This document shows, piece after piece, positions 1-14,128 of a stretch of DNA of 64,000 nt. The notes beneath the pieces were generated by a model. That model had not been told where the DNA came from and did not search any database. It worked only from the letters and a program-made list of their open reading frames with translations. A program made the position numbers and the translations under genes. The stretch is from Sporopachydermia quercuum (Eukaryota): contig BCGN01000004.1 of assembly GCA_001599295.1 (NCBI GenBank), forward strand, positions 128,138 through 192,137, in the 5' to 3' direction. Numbering within the stretch: position 1 is the first letter of the stretch; each line of letters opens with the position of its first letter.

Positions 1-412
1 CCTTTCTTGTTTGTTAGTCCTAAATTAAACTCGACACTGGTCTACCCTTCCCAAACTCTATTTCTAACGCTCAACCTAAACCCTATGTTTTAGCTCTAAA
101 AAAACTTAACACATTTCTTCCCTGTTTTAATCAATAAAAGCGTCCACTTCTCCTCCAATTTAGCTTTAGTTACCTCTTTCTACCTCTTTATTACAACTAT
201 CAACGCATTCCAAATTTTTAAACCTGTTTTCAAGTCGGATTTGTAGATTTTGTAGGTGTATTGGACTCCCGTGATCTTCACACACTCAACAACGGACATC
301 ATAACAACTGTTGCAACTCTATTGGTCACCTCCCAATAATAACACTACATAAACATCATACACATACACAGATACATATACAAGTAGTATCAAAAACTTC
401 TGCAACTATATA

Positions 413-2503
413 ATGGACAACCACCATCTTTTACTAAACAACAGTAACGCTGGGCCTATTCAAGCAATGAATATTCACCAAATGGCTTCAAATGCAAGAA
501 CCAACTCATACGACTCTGTGGAATCGAGCTCGGTGTCTCCTGCTTCTATTGCCTCACCAGAATCATCGGTCTCATCGGCATCTTCGAACTCGGATACGGA
601 AGTGAACACACAACCTTTGCTCAAGTTCACCAACGATGATGTTGAATCTTTGCTTCAAGCTGCAGGCGCTGTCGGCGTCGTGGAGCATTCCAACGGACAG
701 GAGACCCTCATGGGATCTACTCAACACAATCAGCTGCCACTAGTTCAACAGGGGCACCACAACGTTGCAAACAGACAAATCCTGAACCCGGGAGCAACTG
801 GAGTTTCTTCTACCGGAACCACAGCCACCGGAGCCACAACAACACAAGCCTCAGCCACCTCAGGACCCGCTACGACTTCCTCCTCTTCATCTTCCCTACC
901 TTGCAAATGGGGTGAATGCACCTTGGTTTTCGATACCGCAGAAGAACTATATACCCACTTGTGCGACCACCATGTCGGCAGAAAATGTACCGGCAATTTA
1001 TCTCTAAATTGCGGCTGGGAACACTGTAAAACCTCCACTGTTAAACGAGACCATATCACGTCCCACATCAGAGTCCATGTTCCATTGAAGCCCTATGAAT
1101 GCGATTTTTGCAAAAAGAAGTTTAAAAGACCTCAGGACTTGAAAAAGCACATTAAAACTCATGCCGATGAAAGTGTTTTACTTGGGCCTGATGGTTCAGC
1201 TTCCCGTATAAGGCCAACCCGCCATTCGGGTCACAACGGGTATGGAAATATCTACAATGAAACGGATTATGGTTTATATTACAATAGAGGTTATCCTGTT
1301 GGGATTCCTGCGTATAATGCAGGAGGTGCAGCTGAACTTCATGTGCCTGCGACAGGAGCTGGAAACAGACAGTACATTGTACCTGTTCCCAATATGCCTA
1401 CTGGATACAGCGGTATTTATGCTGGCAATATTCAAGGACAGCCACTTTCTTATGTTTCTATGCCGGTTGAAGTCAATAGAAAGAGAAAGCAAGATTCCGT
1501 GCTTCAATTTTATAATGATGTTAAGAAATCAAAAGTGCTTCCACAATATACACCGGAGATGGCTAATAGGCTTGCGTCTCTAGAGTATAATTTAGCGTCC
1601 GGTGTTGGAGCCGCAAATGGAGCTAATGTCGGAGCTGAAAACGAGAATTCAATGCTGGCTTCCACCGGTTATGTTAATAGCAGTGTTAATCCTATTAGCC
1701 ACCACGCTAGTATTGCAGCCCCTGGCGGTATGTATAACGTGAAACATGGCCATAACCACGTTCAAGAGCTGTATGAAGCTGACAGGTTCTTCACTCAACT
1801 GTCTGCCAGCTTGGATCAACAGCAGCAGCAACAACAGCAACAGCAACAGCAAACAAACACTGGATACTATATTCCAGCAAATCAAACCCATATTGCTTCT
1901 GGTGCTCCTATTTCTGCTTCAGCTAGTGGCCCACTCCCTGGAACTACCGCTACCGGTGTTCTACCAGAAGTCCGATCCTCTTCCATCTCTTCAGCTTCAG
2001 ACACCTACGTATCACCTGGTCCCCATATCCCACAATCTCAAATCCAAGGACAACCCCAAAGCCAATACACCTACAACGGAGGCTACGTTTCTACTGCTTA
2101 TCCTGTTATCAACGATCAAATCACTAGTAGCATTCCTGCCACTGCTAACACTACATACTATCAACCACAGCACACCAGATTGGATTTCGACTCTCAGAAG
2201 CGGTACTACGTTGGGGTTCAACAGCGGGCAGCCAAACAAGATTCAGACGAAGTGAAGAATAATGACAGCGATAATGAAGTCAGCGATTTGACTGAGTTGC
2301 TACAAGGTGTCTCTTTGAATGCTGAAAAGGCTGTTAATGTTGAGCATTTGAGAGCAATCATCAATCAAGCCAGAAAAGTGATTTCTGAAATGCTGGAATC
2401 TGAGAAAGAAGAAGATGACGAGGATGTTGATAGTTTGAAATTGAAGGAAAGTGCTGGTATTAAAGATAGTCATAGTTTGTACCCCAGTTTATTGACTGTT
2501 TAA
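413..2503 (+). CDS. RIM101: pH-response C2H2 zinc-finger transcription factor PacC/Rim101
   Basis: Three C2H2 fingers with the PacC signature ([13 protein letters not shown]...[44 protein letters not shown]); YPx[L/I] motifs YPVI and C-terminal YPSL; acidic tail; poly-Q tract. Confidence 0.96.
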   Translation: MDNHHLLLNNSNAGPIQAMNIHQMASNARTNSYDSVESSSVSPASIASPESSVSSASSNSDTEVNTQPLLKFTNDDVESLLQAAGAVGVVEHSNGQETLMGSTQHNQLPLVQQGHHNVANRQILNPGATGVSSTGTTATGATTTQASATSGPATTSSSSSSLPCKWGECTLVFDTAEELYTHLCDHHVGRKCTGNLSLNCGWEHCKTSTVKRDHITSHIRVHVPLKPYECDFCKKKFKRPQDLKKHIKTHADESVLLGPDGSASRIRPTRHSGHNGYGNIYNETDYGLYYNRGYPVGIPAYNAGGAAELHVPATGAGNRQYIVPVPNMPTGYSGIYAGNIQGQPLSYVSMPVEVNRKRKQDSVLQFYNDVKKSKVLPQYTPEMANRLASLEYNLASGVGAANGANVGAENENSMLASTGYVNSSVNPISHHASIAAPGGMYNVKHGHNHVQELYEADRFFTQLSASLDQQQQQQQQQQQQTNTGYYIPANQTHIASGAPISASASGPLPGTTATGVLPEVRSSSISSASDTYVSPGPHIPQSQIQGQPQSQYTYNGGYVSTAYPVINDQITSSIPATANTTYYQPQHTRLDFDSQKRYYVGVQQRAAKQDSDEVKNNDSDNEVSDLTELLQGVSLNAEKAVNVEHLRAIINQARKVISEMLESEKEEDDEDVDSLKLKESAGIKDSHSLYPSLLTV

Positions 2504-3532
2504 TGGGGTTTAATGCAATCATGTGCGTTGTTTTGCAAATTGTGCATGATACTGCAGGGAACTGCAAACAGCTTCTGTAATAATGTATAGTACCTCGAGA
2601 TTTAAAGAATTTGTATTGGAAAATGGATCAAACTTGCGGAAAGAAGTCAGATTCTGGTGATTAGGAAATGGAATGGAAATGGCACGGAAATGGGATTGGA
2701 AGTGGATTAACTGAATGTTAAGATCAGCAAGTTGACTGCAAACGGGCCTGGCTTGTTGCATGGGAATGGATTTAGTATTTTATCATTATTATTATTATTA
2801 CTATTATTATTTATTGTTGTTATGATTATTATCGTTATTATTACGGTTTCTAGTATATTTATGCTGTTGTATTTATTATTAATCTTATGATGTTTACTGT
2901 CATTTATTGTTGGAAGAAAGGATTAGGTGGTAGGAGAATTGTATCTTTAGTTGATTTAACTTGTTTGGTTATTTAACATGAGTTTATTGATATAACCATT
3001 TTAGGACGTAAGGATCTTTAAAGCCAAAGTAGTTGTAAATTGGAAGTTTAGAAGTTCTGGCGAAGGAAGACTTCTGGAGACCTTGTGACGGGCCAATTGT
3101 ACAGTTTAAAGAGAGAAGGTCCTGTTTCATGAAATCAACTGAAGGTTCACTAGTTTTGACTGACATTCACATTTAAATCAAGTATAGCACAACACAACGT
3201 GGCATATTATATACGATTTATGAGGTTGATCATTGGAGTTGATCATTGGAGTTGTCAGAGTATAATTCTCAATTCTAGTAATCAGGAGTAATAATCGTCA
3301 TTCATTATTACGTTTCCCATNCAATCCAACTGTTGTTGATAGTTCTATTAGTTTATTATACACATTTCCTATCTTACTGTCCATCTGCTTCTCTATCTAC
3401 ACTCTAAATTGTATCATAGCTGAAGCCTATATAGCCTGCAGTAGCCTATTATAGCGCGTAACCTAGCCCTTTATAGCCTGCCATTCCTAGCTCACAATGG
3501 CAATAGTAGCAATGTGCCTTGTTGAAAATTTC

Positions 3533-4757
3533 CTATAAACTTCTTATAGCAGAAGACATTGTCTCGTAGATTCCTAAGAAAATAGCCCCACCAGCACTAA
3601 TCCACATAGTACGAGGCCCAACACCTTTCCATAATGCACCAATGCCTTCCTCGCGAACTAGACTTCTCCCCATCTTGAGAAACGACACTTTGTCACCATG
3701 AAGCATGATACGTGTCTTAATCACATCTAATGGAGTAGTCAGAGCTGCGGCCACACCTCCAGCTACTGAACCACAGGCTGCGCCTTGTATAGGAGTGGCT
3801 CTTTCTTGATTAAAGTATGCAGCAGTTCGTTTCTTCAGATATTCATATAGAGGATACTGCAGAACCGTGAACGGAACGTCTCTGGCAATAGTGCTTAGCC
3901 AACCACGATAGAGACCTTTAACACGTCCTTCTCCAGATTGATTGTTCCAGACGGATTTGAATGTATCCCAAGAAGAGTTATAACGGGCAACTTGAGTTCT
4001 CTGTTTAATAACTTCAGCGGGGACTCGCACTAAGCAAGCAGCGATTTCTCCCATTGAGGCGGAAGCCATGTGAGTTATTGAATCACGAGCTTGTTGTGGC
4101 AGGGATAAATGAGAAAACACTGGCGCTAAGTACACCTTTGAATACTCGTATGTGATGAAGAAAAAAGAGGCTAAAAAGTTAGTGGATGATGCAAAGATTA
4201 AGAGCAAGAGCAAGAGCAAGAGCAAGAGCAGGTTATTGAATGTTATGTAATTCGTAGGTATCGTAACTTAAGCTGAGATACACCAAAAAGTAATAGAAAA
4301 TGAACTTACCACTAGGAGCAGAAGCAACCGTTATACTTCCCAAACCTTTGTAGATGCCACGCCATCCTCCATTTTTGAAAAAGCCCCCTTTGGCTTGAAT
4401 TCTTGTTTTTATTGTATCAATAGGGAAGAATGCAATGTCAACACTGACTCCTGCTGATGCACCACTCTTCGCAAAAAATAGATAACGTTAGTAAAACATG
4501 CAGGAGATCAATAGATGAAAATATAATGAGCTTGAAGGCAGTTACAATAGGATTATAAGCCATAAAACACATCAACTGTTCGTTTGGGAAACATAATGAG
4601 TTGGAAGGTATCATTGTAGCATTATACTTTTAAAGCAGCATGTCGAAATTGGGTAATTGGGAGAGATGTCAATGGCAATAGACTCAAAAAAAAAAAAACA
4701 TACCAGCAACGAAACCAAAAAGAGATTTGGAGTCTTTTGAGTAGTTTCCCCACTCAT
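3533..4757 (-). CDS. PET8: Mitochondrial S-adenosylmethionine carrier (3 exons, 282 aa)
   Basis: Exons 4757-4704, 4466-4310 and 4170-3533; introns GTATGT..TACTAAC..AAG and GTAAGT..CACTAAC..TAG. Spliced protein has FFPIDTIKTRIQAKGGFFKNGGWRGIYKGLGS, VRVPAEVIKQR and TTPLDVIKTR carrier motifs. Confidence 0.93.
4200..4229. repeat. (AAGAGC)5 microsatellite inside PET8 intron 2
   Basis: aagagc repeated five times; it produces the spurious poly-Leu start of the 3533..4225 ORF. Confidence 0.85.
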
Positions 4758-5616
4758 ATTGCTATATAATGCTAATTCTATGAAGCTGATTTTTAAAGGA
4801 CCACCAGTTGTCTCCTGACTGTGACAGGCTAGGAGGTGTAAATGGGTAATAAACTTGCTAATCAGCTACTAACGACTGAAGCCTATTAACTACAATCCTA
4901 ATGAATTTTATGCTGAATAGTGGCATTATCAAGTAATATAAGCCCAATTGAATGTAATTCATTAAATTCACCGTAGATACCAATTGCCAAACGAATTGTT
5001 TTCTGTAGATCATTTGATATCGAACTCCTTAATTGAATCGACATTCTACATGTCCCTTTTCACATGCTTTGAAACCTCTGGGAATTTTTCATTTTTGTCT
5101 TGCGTCTCGCGACACAGAAAGACGATACGGATGCTATAATAGAAGATTAAGTAATCCCGTACTCAAATAAACTGAATAATTTGGCCGGGTAATTTCAACT
5201 ATTTTGCGGTGGGAACTTTTAAAATTGACTTTCACTACACAAACAAAATAGCTGAAATCGAAATTATCTCCTACATGCAGTGCAAGGGTGGGCTTGATAA
5301 ATCGGTAATAAGCAAGTAATCACTACCAAATGGACTTGACATCTTGCATACAAGCCAGAAATAATACTTTTCCTTTTGAATTGAAAGTGTACTTTAAGGC
5401 GCAGTTTAGGAAGATCGTTGAGCTATATTTACAGTTGAATTAAACATCTAGGAAATAAATCCTAGCAAACCAGTGGCGGCAATTCAGTATCTTAACTCCG
5501 GTTATTCACAACCTCTAGTAGAACACTTTTCTCTAGAATTATAACGAATAACACAACTAAAGCTCTCTCAAGGAGTACGTATTTTTGAATAACGCTACTT
5601 CCTTTCGTACGATACC

Positions 5617-6996
5617 ATGCAAGGCTTCTCAAGGACGGTAAGAGCTTCTTTACGGCTCTCATCATGCTCTGGGGTTAGAGCTAGAAGAACCCTTGCCACA
5701 GCATTCGAAGGAATGCCAAAACCTCCTCTAGGATCTTCGGTTGATCTAAGCAACGTGACTATGCCGGAAAATGAAGTGTTGGGATTGGGCAATAGACCTA
5801 TTTATCTAGACATGCAAGCCACCACACCTACAGATCCAAGGGTTTTGGATATGATGCTTAGATTCTATACTGGGTTGTATGGAAATCCTCATTCTAAGAC
5901 CCACGCTTATGGCTGGGAAACAGAAGAAGCAGTGGAAGAAGCACGAGGATACGTCGCTAATGTGATTGGTGCTGACCCGAAAGAAATAATCTTCACTTCT
6001 GGTGCTACGGAATCGAATAATATGGTCATTAAAGGTGTACCAAGGTTTTACCGTAAAACAAAGAACCATATCATCACCACTCAAACTGAACATAAATGTG
6101 TGTTGGATTCTTGCAGACATATGCAGGATCAAGGATTTGAAGTCACATATCTTGGTGTTGATGCTAAAGGTAGAATCAGTTTAGAAGAGCTAGAAGCCGC
6201 TATCAAGCCTACCACTGCCTTGGTGTCTATTATGGCCGTTAATAATGAAATCGGTGTTATTCAGCCAATTGAAGAAATTGGAAGAATCTGCAGATCCAAA
6301 AAAGTTTTTTTCCATACAGATGCTGCTCAAGCATTTGGCAAAATCCCAATCGATGTCAATAAATGTAACATTGATTTGATGAGTATCTCTGGTCATAAGA
6401 TCTATGGGCCAAAAGGTGTGGGTGCCTGTTATGTGAGAAGAAGACCAAGAGTCAGATTAGAACCTCTAATCAATGGTGGCGGACAAGAACGTGGTCTGAG
6501 ATCTGGTACTTTAGCTGCACCTTTAGTCGCAGGATTTGGTGAAGCTGCTAGACTATGCGTTCAGGAAGCTGCTTATGATAAACAACATATTGAAAGGTTA
6601 TCCAAGAAACTGCTTGATGGCCTGTTATCAATGGAACACACTATCAGAAATGGTGATCCTGCCAACTCATATGCTGGCTGTGTCAATGTTTCTTTTGCAT
6701 ATGTTGAAGGTGAATCGCTGTTAATGGCTTTGAAAGANATTGCTTTATCTTCAGGTTCAGCTTGCACTTCTGCCTCTTTAGAACCTTCGTATGTGTTGAG
6801 AGCTTTAGGATCTGATGATGCATTGGCCCACTCTTCGATAAGATTTGGTATTGGAAGATTCACTACGGAAGAAGAAATCGACTATGTTCTTGAGGCAATC
6901 ACCAAGAGAGTGAACTTCTTGAGAGAAATGAGTCCTTTATGGGAAATGGTGCAAGAAGGAATAGATCTTGATTCCATCGAATGGAGTGGTCATTAA
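5617..6996 (+). CDS. NFS1: Mitochondrial cysteine desulfurase
   Basis: [22 protein letters not shown] lysine motif [10 protein letters not shown], catalytic SSGSACTS, C-terminal IEWSGH; basic N-terminal presequence. Confidence 0.98.
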   Translation: MQGFSRTVRASLRLSSCSGVRARRTLATAFEGMPKPPLGSSVDLSNVTMPENEVLGLGNRPIYLDMQATTPTDPRVLDMMLRFYTGLYGNPHSKTHAYGWETEEAVEEARGYVANVIGADPKEIIFTSGATESNNMVIKGVPRFYRKTKNHIITTQTEHKCVLDSCRHMQDQGFEVTYLGVDAKGRISLEELEAAIKPTTALVSIMAVNNEIGVIQPIEEIGRICRSKKVFFHTDAAQAFGKIPIDVNKCNIDLMSISGHKIYGPKGVGACYVRRRPRVRLEPLINGGGQERGLRSGTLAAPLVAGFGEAARLCVQEAAYDKQHIERLSKKLLDGLLSMEHTIRNGDPANSYAGCVNVSFAYVEGESLLMALKXIALSSGSACTSASLEPSYVLRALGSDDALAHSSIRFGIGRFTTEEEIDYVLEAITKRVNFLREMSPLWEMVQEGIDLDSIEWSGH

Positions 6997-7267
6997 AGCA
7001 AATAACAACAATAACAATATCAGTGATTACTAGTTTATTTGATATGATTGATGTATTCAATTGGGTTTTTTGTTAAATCACCCTCTGTGAAAATTATTTC
7101 GATCACTTTTACTATTGCTGTTACTATTAGTATTTATTTGTTTTCTTATGTAATCATGCAATCAGTTTAATATATCATGTTTATATATCATTCTTCCTTT
7201 TATTATTATTTCCTAAGCCTTGTATACAATGGAACTAAATCGCTATATACGTCACCGATATGAGCAT

Positions 7268-8362
7268 CTAAGCAGATAAAAGNTTCTTGAACTCCTTGGC
7301 AATAGCATCGCCAACCTCAGNAGTGGAGGAAGAACCACCCAAATCTCCAGTTCTAACACCAGAATCCAAAACGGTGCCAACGGCAGTTTCCAGTAATTCA
7401 GCCTCCTTCTTCAAGTTCAACGACAATCTCAACATCATAGCTGATGATAAGATAGTAGCCACAGGGTTCACTTTGTTCTTTTCCAAGTCAGGTGCTGATC
7501 CATGGCATGGCTCGTATAATCCAAAGGCAGTGTTAGTATCAGGTAATGATGATAATGAAGCAGATGGCAACAAGCCTAAAGAACCAGGAATAACAGAAGC
7601 TTCGTCAGAAATGATATCACCAAACATGTTGTTGGTCAGAATAATACCGTTTAGTTGCGTAGGGTTTTTAACGAGAATCATAGCGGCAGAATCAATCAAT
7701 TGGTGCTGTAAAGTTAATTGAGGGAACTCCTTTTCAATGGTCTCAGTAACAACTTTTCTCCAAAGTCTCGATGATGCCAAGACATTTGCCTTATCTAAAG
7801 ACCACACAGGTAATGGAGGCTCTGATTGTAAAGCAAGAAAAGCACCCATACGAGTGATGCGTTTGATTTCTTCAACAGAGTACTTTTCGGTGTCCCAAGC
7901 AACACCATCGCCGTCTTCCTCTTTTCTTTCCCCAAAGTAAATACCCCCAACAAGTTCTCTAACTACAATGAAATCAGTGCCTTTCACAATGTTAGACTTC
8001 AATGGAGACAAGTCTAACAAGGCATCAGAAGCAAAATTACAGGGTCTCAAGTTGGCATACAGGTTTAGTTCCTTACGGATCTTCAGCAGTCCTTGTTCGG
8101 GTCTAACAGCACCTGTGCCCCATTTTGGTCCCCCGACAGCACCTAATAAAACAGCATCGGCTTTCTTAGCTGCTTCGATAGCATCATCGGTAATAGGTTC
8201 CCCAGTAGCATCGATACTAGCACCGCCAATCAAGTGGTTTTGAAATGAGAACTTGACATCAGGATTGACTTCGCTGATAACAGAAAGCACTTTCACAGCT
8301 TCATTGACAACTTCAGTACCAACGTGATCTCCTGGTAGTAGGACAATCTTTTTTTCGCTCAT
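7268..8362 (-). CDS. LEU2: 3-isopropylmalate dehydrogenase
   Basis: [73 protein letters not shown]. Confidence 0.98.
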   Translation of the reverse strand: MSEKKIVLLPGDHVGTEVVNEAVKVLSVISEVNPDVKFSFQNHLIGGASIDATGEPITDDAIEAAKKADAVLLGAVGGPKWGTGAVRPEQGLLKIRKELNLYANLRPCNFASDALLDLSPLKSNIVKGTDFIVVRELVGGIYFGERKEEDGDGVAWDTEKYSVEEIKRITRMGAFLALQSEPPLPVWSLDKANVLASSRLWRKVVTETIEKEFPQLTLQHQLIDSAAMILVKNPTQLNGIILTNNMFGDIISDEASVIPGSLGLLPSASLSSLPDTNTAFGLYEPCHGSAPDLEKNKVNPVATILSSAMMLRLSLNLKKEAELLETAVGTVLDSGVRTGDLGGSSSTXEVGDAIAKEFKXLLSA

Positions 8363-9445
8363 CTTGTTACTGTATGCTAGGGTAGTTTGTGATAGTAAAG
8401 TTGTGCTCGGAATAATGCGCTATGTCTCAATCTAAATCCTGTACCTTGATAATATTTTAATAGTTAAACTTATTGTAAGAAAAGCTCGACAAAAACTCGA
8501 TTGTTTACTAGTATTTTAAATGTCTATTTATTTGAATGTCTCACAAAACATGATACTTTTTTTGATGTATATCTGGAGAAGAGGTGAAGAGCGTATTGTC
8601 ACATTGACAAGTCCTGGAAATTTCAGCGTTTTGCAATGATTTGTAAGAGTGGTGTTTACATGTGAAAGTCGGAAAACAGCAAACGGGCCGTAAATTACCT
8701 GTTTAGGACTTTAGAGAATATCGGGTATGCACCATTATGCATGATACTAGAAAAGTGAACTTTAAATTGCAAATCACTTAATGATTACATAACCCTTTAG
8801 TTTGGTATCCTGCCCCACACTGCAAAAAACCGGAAAAGATTGTCAAATTCTACTTATCTGTGCTAAATATAATTATGCTGTGCCCCCAGATCAAAGGGTT
8901 CGTTCAGACTTTCAATACTCTGGGTCTTTATTTACCAGAAAGTTCGCTTCTTGCCTTTACCATATCATATTTACGTTATCTCGTTGTTGATCAACCTGAA
9001 GATAGTGGGTGTTTGACTCTGTTTCACTCGTGCTTTATTTCGTTTCGCGTCTGTTATCACTCTTCGACGTATTTGTGTTCACTTCACAAGAAATTCTTTC
9101 GCAGCACCCAACACTTACTCATTATATCAATTCATTCCAGCACTCTTCGCAGCTTTCTCCCCCTTTTTTCTTTTTTGTTGATTAAAAAAAAATAGCAGAA
9201 CAGGTAACACTGTGACCATTTACCGAGAGAATTGCGATCATTTAAAGGTTTACGATAAACGATCAAGTGGATGGTCATATTAGGTGCATTGGGACATCAG
9301 TTTGGTTTGCAGTGATCAACAGCTCATTCCACAAAGCATTCAACTGCAAACCAGTACCACAATTAATAACATATCTGCTATCAAATTCACCGGGAAAACG
9401 TCTACACTCTCTTTTCCACTCTCATAATCATTTTATCCTCTTTCG

Positions 9446-11206
9446 ATGACAGATGTTAATGGAACAGTAGCCTATACCAGGCCTTCAGCGCCCTATCACC
9501 AGCAAGGGTTTACCACGTCGTCATCTCCTTCCTCGTCCCTATCAGCACCTGGTTCCCCTTCGGGGTCTGCTTCAGCTTCGAGTTCTTTATCGCCCAGCAT
9601 AACTAGAAACAATGATGAGAAGAAACTTTCACCGTTAGGCATATTGGAAAGGAAAACAAGATCCATGGCAAAACTACTTGTATCATCAAGAGACAGCTCT
9701 ATTGAGGACAGCACCCGAAACACGAAACACATATCTCCGGTAAAAGGTGCTCACAGCCGCAATAATTTTCATCCTAACAGCTTTACTGATGCCAGCTCAC
9801 CAAATAGGAGACCAACGTCAGCTACATCTACATCTTCATACTCTTACCCTTTCCTATCCCATGATACAGATTTGGACTCCATCGATTTAGAAAGAAGAAT
9901 AAGCATGTCCAGTGATACGAGTTCAATCAATGGACCGTTGCTAGAGAGAATGGGTATAGATGGTAAAGAGCTGCAACGAATTCAGGCTTCCAAGATCCTA
10001 AAAGAAGGCATAACAAGAGAAAGAGGCAACCCCAGTGTGAGTCCTGTTACGCCAGGAAAGGCGTCGGAATTTACTGTGATAAAAGGCCAACGGCTACCTC
10101 AGTCACATCATATATACACCAAGCCTATAGACTCAGTAGTGGTAGTGGGATTGCGTAGTCGGCATGGGAAGCCAACATTAGTGCCAACGGATGGTGGGCA
10201 TATCAATGAGTCTATTCCTAATAGCAACCAAGATAGAAGTACATACACTGCTGCTGCCAGTAAAGGAATTGGCCCTGGCAACAATTATAACAACTCTCAA
10301 CATAGCGCTTATTCTTATCCTCAAGGAACTCTAAACACATTTGATACTCCACAGCTTATTTATCAAGATACAGACGTTAAATCAAAACTGACAGAAGCCT
10401 TAGATAATTATGGTATAATAGCAGATACTACAGTTTATGGGGAAGCAAGCGAAGCTCTACTACAGCGAGCGCCAACGTTAGAGTCATATCGACCTAGAAT
10501 GTCCATTTCTTCAGCTTCAACAGGCGCTAGTATATCAACAAACAGACAAGCCAAGCAGAGCTCTTTTTCTACCTCAACACCAATAGTTGAATCAGAAGAC
10601 GAACTGACCCAATTCCATCATAATGAAATGACCCCCTCAGAAAGAGTTGCTCATGCTATTGAACTACACAGCCAGGGAAACTTACGAGAATCTACATACC
10701 AACTGTCTTTGGCAGCGAAAGAGGGTGATAGAACTGCAATGCTTTTGTATGGGGTTGCATTGCGCCATGGTTGGGGTGTAAGAGTTGACGAAGCAGCAGC
10801 ATTCCATTGGTTCAAAACAGCAGCTAATTTGGGTGATCTATCGGGGGTTGGAGATCAAGAACTAGATCCTTTCAGATTAGAAGAAGAGTCCCTCTCAAAA
10901 GGTATAAAGCACATTAAAGGACAAAATAAGGAAAGCGCTTTGGCAATCGCGTTGTATGAAATAGGCATGTCTTACTACAATTCATGGGGCATTGAAAAAG
11001 ATGAAAATATGGGCATCCGTTGTATTGAGCTTGCGGCAGCTTTAGGCGATGTTGAAGCAATGACTCAAGCTGGAAATATTTGGAGTACCAAAGGAAGTAA
11101 AAGGAAGAAGGATTTAAGACGATCTGGTGTTTGGTTCCGTCTGGCTGAAATCCATGGGGTTAAGATTATGGGTAATTCATGGATATACAAGTCAAAATAT
11201 AAATGA
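9446..11206 (+). CDS. DSF2: Sel1-repeat protein of the Dsf2/Nif1 type
   Basis: Ser-rich disordered N-terminus; C-terminal Sel1 repeats (AMLLYGVALRHGWG, ALYEIGMSYYNSWG) ending in GNSWIYKSKY. Confidence 0.75.
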   Translation: MTDVNGTVAYTRPSAPYHQQGFTTSSSPSSSLSAPGSPSGSASASSSLSPSITRNNDEKKLSPLGILERKTRSMAKLLVSSRDSSIEDSTRNTKHISPVKGAHSRNNFHPNSFTDASSPNRRPTSATSTSSYSYPFLSHDTDLDSIDLERRISMSSDTSSINGPLLERMGIDGKELQRIQASKILKEGITRERGNPSVSPVTPGKASEFTVIKGQRLPQSHHIYTKPIDSVVVVGLRSRHGKPTLVPTDGGHINESIPNSNQDRSTYTAAASKGIGPGNNYNNSQHSAYSYPQGTLNTFDTPQLIYQDTDVKSKLTEALDNYGIIADTTVYGEASEALLQRAPTLESYRPRMSISSASTGASISTNRQAKQSSFSTSTPIVESEDELTQFHHNEMTPSERVAHAIELHSQGNLRESTYQLSLAAKEGDRTAMLLYGVALRHGWGVRVDEAAAFHWFKTAANLGDLSGVGDQELDPFRLEEESLSKGIKHIKGQNKESALAIALYEIGMSYYNSWGIEKDENMGIRCIELAAALGDVEAMTQAGNIWSTKGSKRKKDLRRSGVWFRLAEIHGVKIMGNSWIYKSKYK

Positions 11207-12277
11207 TAGGCAGGGATTTGTAATTGCTGCCTTTAAGCTTGGCATGGCAGGATTTGATTATCAGTTCAACTACTAACAGGGGCATTAGCCATAATTGCCA
11301 CCAGCAATTATAAATGAGCTCCAATCAGTTTTCAGCTCATGCACAATGTGTTAATATTAGAAACTTGTATATAGTGTCAGTGGTAGCGTTACTATTACTA
11401 TTATTCACATCCTTATCATCATCACAGTTACCAGTACTTTAACTGCTAGTAATGGTGCTTTGTTTCAGAATGCCAAATTGCTTTTCTCTCGTTGAATTAT
11501 GAGAATCCAGTGCTCATGCTCTATCTTTGAGCTCTTTTGTTAAGATAATGAACCCTTTGTCCTATACTCAAGTCGAAGGTATCGTTAGTTGAATAAAATG
11601 GAGAACAGCGGAAAGATGGAGAATATCGATTTGAGAGCAGTAAATCTAGAAATATCAGCAACAGGTATAGCAGAGGGGTAAAAGCAACAGCAACGGCGAA
11701 GGCTACAGCATCCAAATGCTGTCAATCGCAGTCTTGCTGTTGGTACCTCTGCTGAACACAGCTTTGAATTCTAATGGCAATGCTTACCAACTGACAACAT
11801 CGAAAGTGCATTCGCCAGGGAACTTTGCCAAGCTTAAGTGGATTCGACCAGAAATATTATTAGATCAAACAAAAGAGGATGCCATAAATACGGTATTAAA
11901 GGAGAGCCTACAATAGTAGGGATATCAATATCTAACACTACCTACGATTATTGATAACTATAAATTACTAGGTAAACGCTATTAAAATGTTGGCAATTAG
12001 GATGACTTCACTAAATCTAAATACCGACTAATATGTATCTTTAAATATTCATGTGCTTTAACTTTTGCCTCTGAATTAAGATATACTAAGAAAGGTGTTC
12101 TTAATAGGTTTGGTTATAACGTAAGTCTCTATGATAATACTAAACATTTTTTGGAATCAATAAAAGATTTCAAAGATGGATATCATCAATANTGAAGCAA
12201 GATTCAATCTACCTAATCATACATGATAATTCATTATTCATTAACCATTACCTTATAAACTGCTAACCTACTAAATA

Positions 12278-13948
12278 CTAAACAGACTCAACTGTCACGA
12301 CATTATAAGAGGAACTCAATTTCTCAATTGAATCCATTCGCTCCCGGTGAACTCTCATCTTTCTTTCCTTAGCCAATCTCACCGACTTCCGCACGTTAAA
12401 TCCATTCTTTAGCATCTCCTGCGTCTCCTCCAATTCCAGCCCAGCAAGCTCAGGATAACAGAATAACACAGCTACAAATGCAACCGCGCACAGGGCTGCA
12501 AAGAAACCAAACGTCCCTGGCGGGGTGATTTTCTCCATCATCGTCAAATATGTCGACGAGATAACAAGAGAACCAGCCCAGTTGGTACATGTGGCGTACG
12601 ACACACCGAGACCGCGAACAGACATGGGGAACAGCTCGCTTTGCTGCCAGGGGACATTGCCAATGCCAGAAGCATAGAAGGCTACATAGAGCATCATGGC
12701 AATGATAATAACAATGCCCCAGCCAGAAATAGAGCCGTCGTGATTGTCGTTGATAGCAACGCCATGTTCGAATGTGAGGCCAAAAAAATGGAAGGCAATG
12801 GCACTGAGAACAAGTGCGCCACACATTCCCGGCATGCCAATCAGTAGCATATTTCGTCGTCCCACGCGGTCAATAATGAAAAATGCAACAACCGTGAAGG
12901 CAAAGTTCGTGCCAGCGACAATAATTGACACTGCAGTGGCATCGTTGAATCCAACAGCATCGAAAATCGTAGCCGAGAAATACATGAGTGAATTGAAACC
13001 TGTGAACTGCTGAATTCCCTGTAGCCCGCAAGCAATAACGAGACCCCTGAAGTTAGACGGAACNGTGTGGATTTCTTTGATTTTACTCCACAATCGAGTA
13101 AAGAAGCTACCGCCAGCTCCCCCATTGGCAATCTCGTTCTCCACGAGAATCTCCTGTACTTTGGCCTCAACCATAGCATCGGTAGCCCCCGCGTGGGTTT
13201 TCTTGAGCACCTTAGCTGCCTCCTCGGTCTTCTTACGTAGCAGTAAATATCTAGGTGTATCGGGTAAAAAGATGAATGTAACCATTTGAACAACAGGCGG
13301 GATGATTGAAAGGCCAACCAGGATTCTCCAGCCTTTGTATACATGGATTAAACCAGCACCAATGCCATAGGCCACTAGCTGGCCGCCAGTAATGCATAAA
13401 CAGTTGATAATCACCAGTCTACCACGATAACTTGAAGGGGCAGTCTCAGCGATGTATAAAGGAGCAATCAGGGACCCCATGCCGACACCTAAACCCATGA
13501 TAAATCTTCCGGCAATCATAGTCCAGACAGTCTTAGCAGCCGTTTGGACAGCGGCCCCGACAATGAACATAATATTAGAACCCATGATGGTAGGTTTTCT
13601 ACCGAAATGGTCAGCAAGAGTCCCCGCGAAAACTGCAGCAACCAATGCTCCCAACGATGTAGCAGATGTAATGAATTCTTTATCACCAGTGGTCAACACT
13701 TTGTTGTCTAAATCTGTGCCAATAGCAACTAAAGCCGAGGAAACATAACCAGTGTCATACCCGAACATAAAGCCAGAGATGGAAGCAACAAACACCAAAA
13801 CAAGGATGATTTTAGTAGGTTTAGCATTGTGCAAGCCGTTTGGTCTCAATTGATTGTTTTCTGATTGATCTGTCGAAAGTTGAGTTTCACTGGGCTCAGT
13901 AGTAACTGACTCCTGTGATACAGCGAGCGTTTCCTTCATTTTTCCCAA
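12278..13948 (-). CDS. ITR: Myo-inositol transporter (MFS sugar porter, ITR1/ITR2 family)
   Basis: [61 protein letters not shown]; about 12 hydrophobic segments. Confidence 0.93.
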   Translation of the reverse strand: MGKMKETLAVSQESVTTEPSETQLSTDQSENNQLRPNGLHNAKPTKIILVLVFVASISGFMFGYDTGYVSSALVAIGTDLDNKVLTTGDKEFITSATSLGALVAAVFAGTLADHFGRKPTIMGSNIMFIVGAAVQTAAKTVWTMIAGRFIMGLGVGMGSLIAPLYIAETAPSSYRGRLVIINCLCITGGQLVAYGIGAGLIHVYKGWRILVGLSIIPPVVQMVTFIFLPDTPRYLLLRKKTEEAAKVLKKTHAGATDAMVEAKVQEILVENEIANGGAGGSFFTRLWSKIKEIHXVPSNFRGLVIACGLQGIQQFTGFNSLMYFSATIFDAVGFNDATAVSIIVAGTNFAFTVVAFFIIDRVGRRNMLLIGMPGMCGALVLSAIAFHFFGLTFEHGVAINDNHDGSISGWGIVIIIAMMLYVAFYASGIGNVPWQQSELFPMSVRGLGVSYATCTNWAGSLVISSTYLTMMEKITPPGTFGFFAALCAVAFVAVLFCYPELAGLELEETQEMLKNGFNVRKSVRLAKERKMRVHRERMDSIEKLSSSYNVVTVESV

Positions 13949-14120
13949 TCTTTAACTACTAACAACTANGCAGCGAATTATACGGTGATAAGAGATCAAT
14001 GTGTGAATGTACTACTGATAGTGATAGTAGTAGTGAATAGAGATAAAGCTCTTGAAGATTGGTTGATAAGAGTTAGAAACGAAGATGGGATTAATGATGA
14101 AATAGAAGGACCAGGATGTG

Positions 14121-14128
14121 TATTTATA
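14121..14128 (-). promoter_or_regulatory. Putative TATA box (TATAAATA) of the ITR gene
   Basis: Plus-strand tatttata reads TATAAATA on the minus strand, about 175 nt upstream of the ITR ATG. Confidence 0.5.

Noticed and set aside
745..2255. Overlapping alternative-frame and antisense ORFs within RIM101, and similar ones in other genes
   Set aside because: Shadows of real coding sequence and low-complexity tracts, with no independent evidence.
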